Shown here: positions 62,249 to 64,000 of the stretch, one piece after another
Position numbering within the stretch: position 1 is the stretch's first letter
How the letters are laid out: the number at the start of each line of letters is the position of its first letter
Origin: Podarcis liolepis
Taxonomy: Eukaryota
Assembly: GCA_965112155.1 (NCBI GenBank)
Contig: OZ218112.1
Strand: one strand, 5' to 3'
DNA length: 64,000 nucleotides
Translations under genes and position numbers: made by a program
The notes under the pieces: model-generated
Databases searched by the model: none
What the model saw: the letters and a program-made list of their open reading frames with translations, nothing else
Told to the model about the DNA's origin: nothing

Positions 62249-64000
62249 ATAAGTGGACACTATTATATTTCCAACCTCGTAATCTGCCCCCCCCCCCAAT
62301 CTTTTCTTCTCTAGTAGAACTCTTGGCATGATCCAGCTGAAGTTTCAAATCCCACACATATCTATTCCTCATTCCTCTCACAGAGTGAAAGTGCACTAAG
62401 CAAGTGCTTAACTTTCCTACTGAAATCAGTGGAGCTTAAAACTTCTTAACTCTTTGCTGGAACCTTTATTTAGGAATGAAACTTCTGTGCTTATGCAAAT
62501 TAAATCTACATAATTTCAGCTTCTAAAGGCTGAAATCTTGGTAGCTTGAAATAACTTCACCTTCGCAAAGTTGCAAGTTTCAAAGTTTTATACATTTGTT
62601 TAGGTTTGAAAGATGTTGAATCTATAGCACTTTGCAGCATGAGCCAGAGTATTATGAAAAAAATCTATTTTTCTTAATAGCATCTCTTTTTTTTACATTA
62701 GAATACAGTCTTTCCAATAAAGTTATCCTATGATATTCTTAATGTATGAAAAAATATTCATTATGAGAGCTTTTTTTTTTTGCTGCCCCCAAATGTTTAG
62801 TAGACTGATACAGCTGGGCTAAGTTTCATGATGCTCTGATGTTTAAGGAGTCTCACCTCATATTAACATGTTTAAACTAAAAAGCATGCATTGGGTGCTA
62901 TCCAGCATTAGTCATACCCAATGGATCAGCTCTATGACTTATCTAGGTATCACTCAGTAAGTACAATAAATTACTGACTTAGATGCAAATGAAAAGCATG
63001 TCTGCCTTCTGTAAGAAGTGCCTTAAGATCATTTGCCATAATTTGTAATTTTCCCCATTATAGTGTCCTGTTTATTTAATAAATGACTTATTGCTTTACA
63101 GAAGACTTTTTGCCATCTGTTTTAAAAATATATTCCTGAAGGCCCATATTAAAGCAGAAAGGGTTGTTGTGGTTGTTTTAATGGAAACCTGTAAGCCAGA
63201 TTTAACCTCTTCTTTGTGTATGTTGAATTTAAGAATAATGGACCATTGGCAATTCTAGCAAGGTTAACAGCAAGGATAGAATTAAGCTGAAGTTACGCAC
63301 TTTTTCATGCTGATTAATTTCAGTGGCAGAGTTCAGCACATGCTTAAATATCTCCCATTAAAACTTTTGAGACTTAAAGGTGCTTGAGTTTGGCAAAATT
63401 GTGCCTGAAGTGTGCCACTGAGCACCAAGGAGAAGAAGGGTAATTACAGTAGACTAATCCTACAAGATGCTAAACCCATCAATTTAGCTTGTAAAACAAC
63501 TCTGCTACTAATGGCTACTATCATTCAACGCTGAGATTCATTTGGTGATTGTTCTTGTTCCAAAACATTCGTACTTCTCGTTACTACTTTTGCTTAAAAA
63601 AATTAGGAGGCAATACAGATTCAAGTGAGTCTAATTCCAGGTTCTTAAAAATGCCTGTAAATAAAAGATAAAAATAAATAGTATAAAACATAAGCCAAAT
63701 ACTATTGTGCTTGCATGGTTAAGACTGAAGATAGGATACTGAACTTGGACCTGGCAGAACTGGTTCACATCAGTTGTGGCACCCCAAGGAGACTTGTTTA
63801 ATTTAACGTATTTTTAGTCCCAGGCAAACACTGATATTTCCAAACAACTATTGAGATTTTAATATCTATGGAATTTTAAATACTTGATATTTTTGTGTAA
63901 AGCTTTTTATTATTATTTCATTTTACAATGTATATAAAAGAGAGAGCAATTATAACAGACAAAAATTAAAAGAAGAAAAACAAAACTATACAACAGGCAT

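Noticed and set aside
62249-62256. AT donor as a U12-type AT-AC intron
   Set aside because: ATAAGT matches a mutated U2 consensus (GTAAGT), not the U12 consensus ATATCCTT
1-64000. CRISPR arrays, operons or other prokaryotic systems
   Set aside because: The sequence is eukaryotic, with spliceosomal introns and vertebrate TEs. Recurrent motifs are dispersed TE copies, not repeat-spacer arrays.

Overview
This is vertebrate genomic DNA, most likely a squamate (probably lacertid) lizard, judged from Sauria SINEs, a BovB LINE, CR1/L2 LINEs and many hAT and mariner MITEs. Three gene-derived units lie on the + strand. (1) The last coding exon of a VEGF-receptor gene at 8057-8255, missed by the ORF track; its C-terminus (...[28 protein letters not shown]) and position next to cdx4 point to kdrl/VEGFR4, which placental mammals have lost. 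(2) An intact three-exon caudal homeobox gene, cdx4 (36360-36816, 49965-50110, 51672-51926; 285 aa). (3) About 10 kb downstream, a diverged tandem copy of the cdx4 proximal promoter plus exon 1 (~61550-62254). The copy has an ATG>ACG start, a frameshifting deletion and a GT>AT donor, but keeps a 133-codon ORF with the YEWMRK hexapeptide, and its differences from cdx4 look biased to synonymous sites. This copy is the most novel observation. Several repeat-free blocks rich in Cdx, TCF, Ets, T-box or Meis motifs are candidate enhancers. The rest is transposon-derived or unique non-coding DNA, with one assembly gap (49337-49478). All calls were made by eye without database searches.
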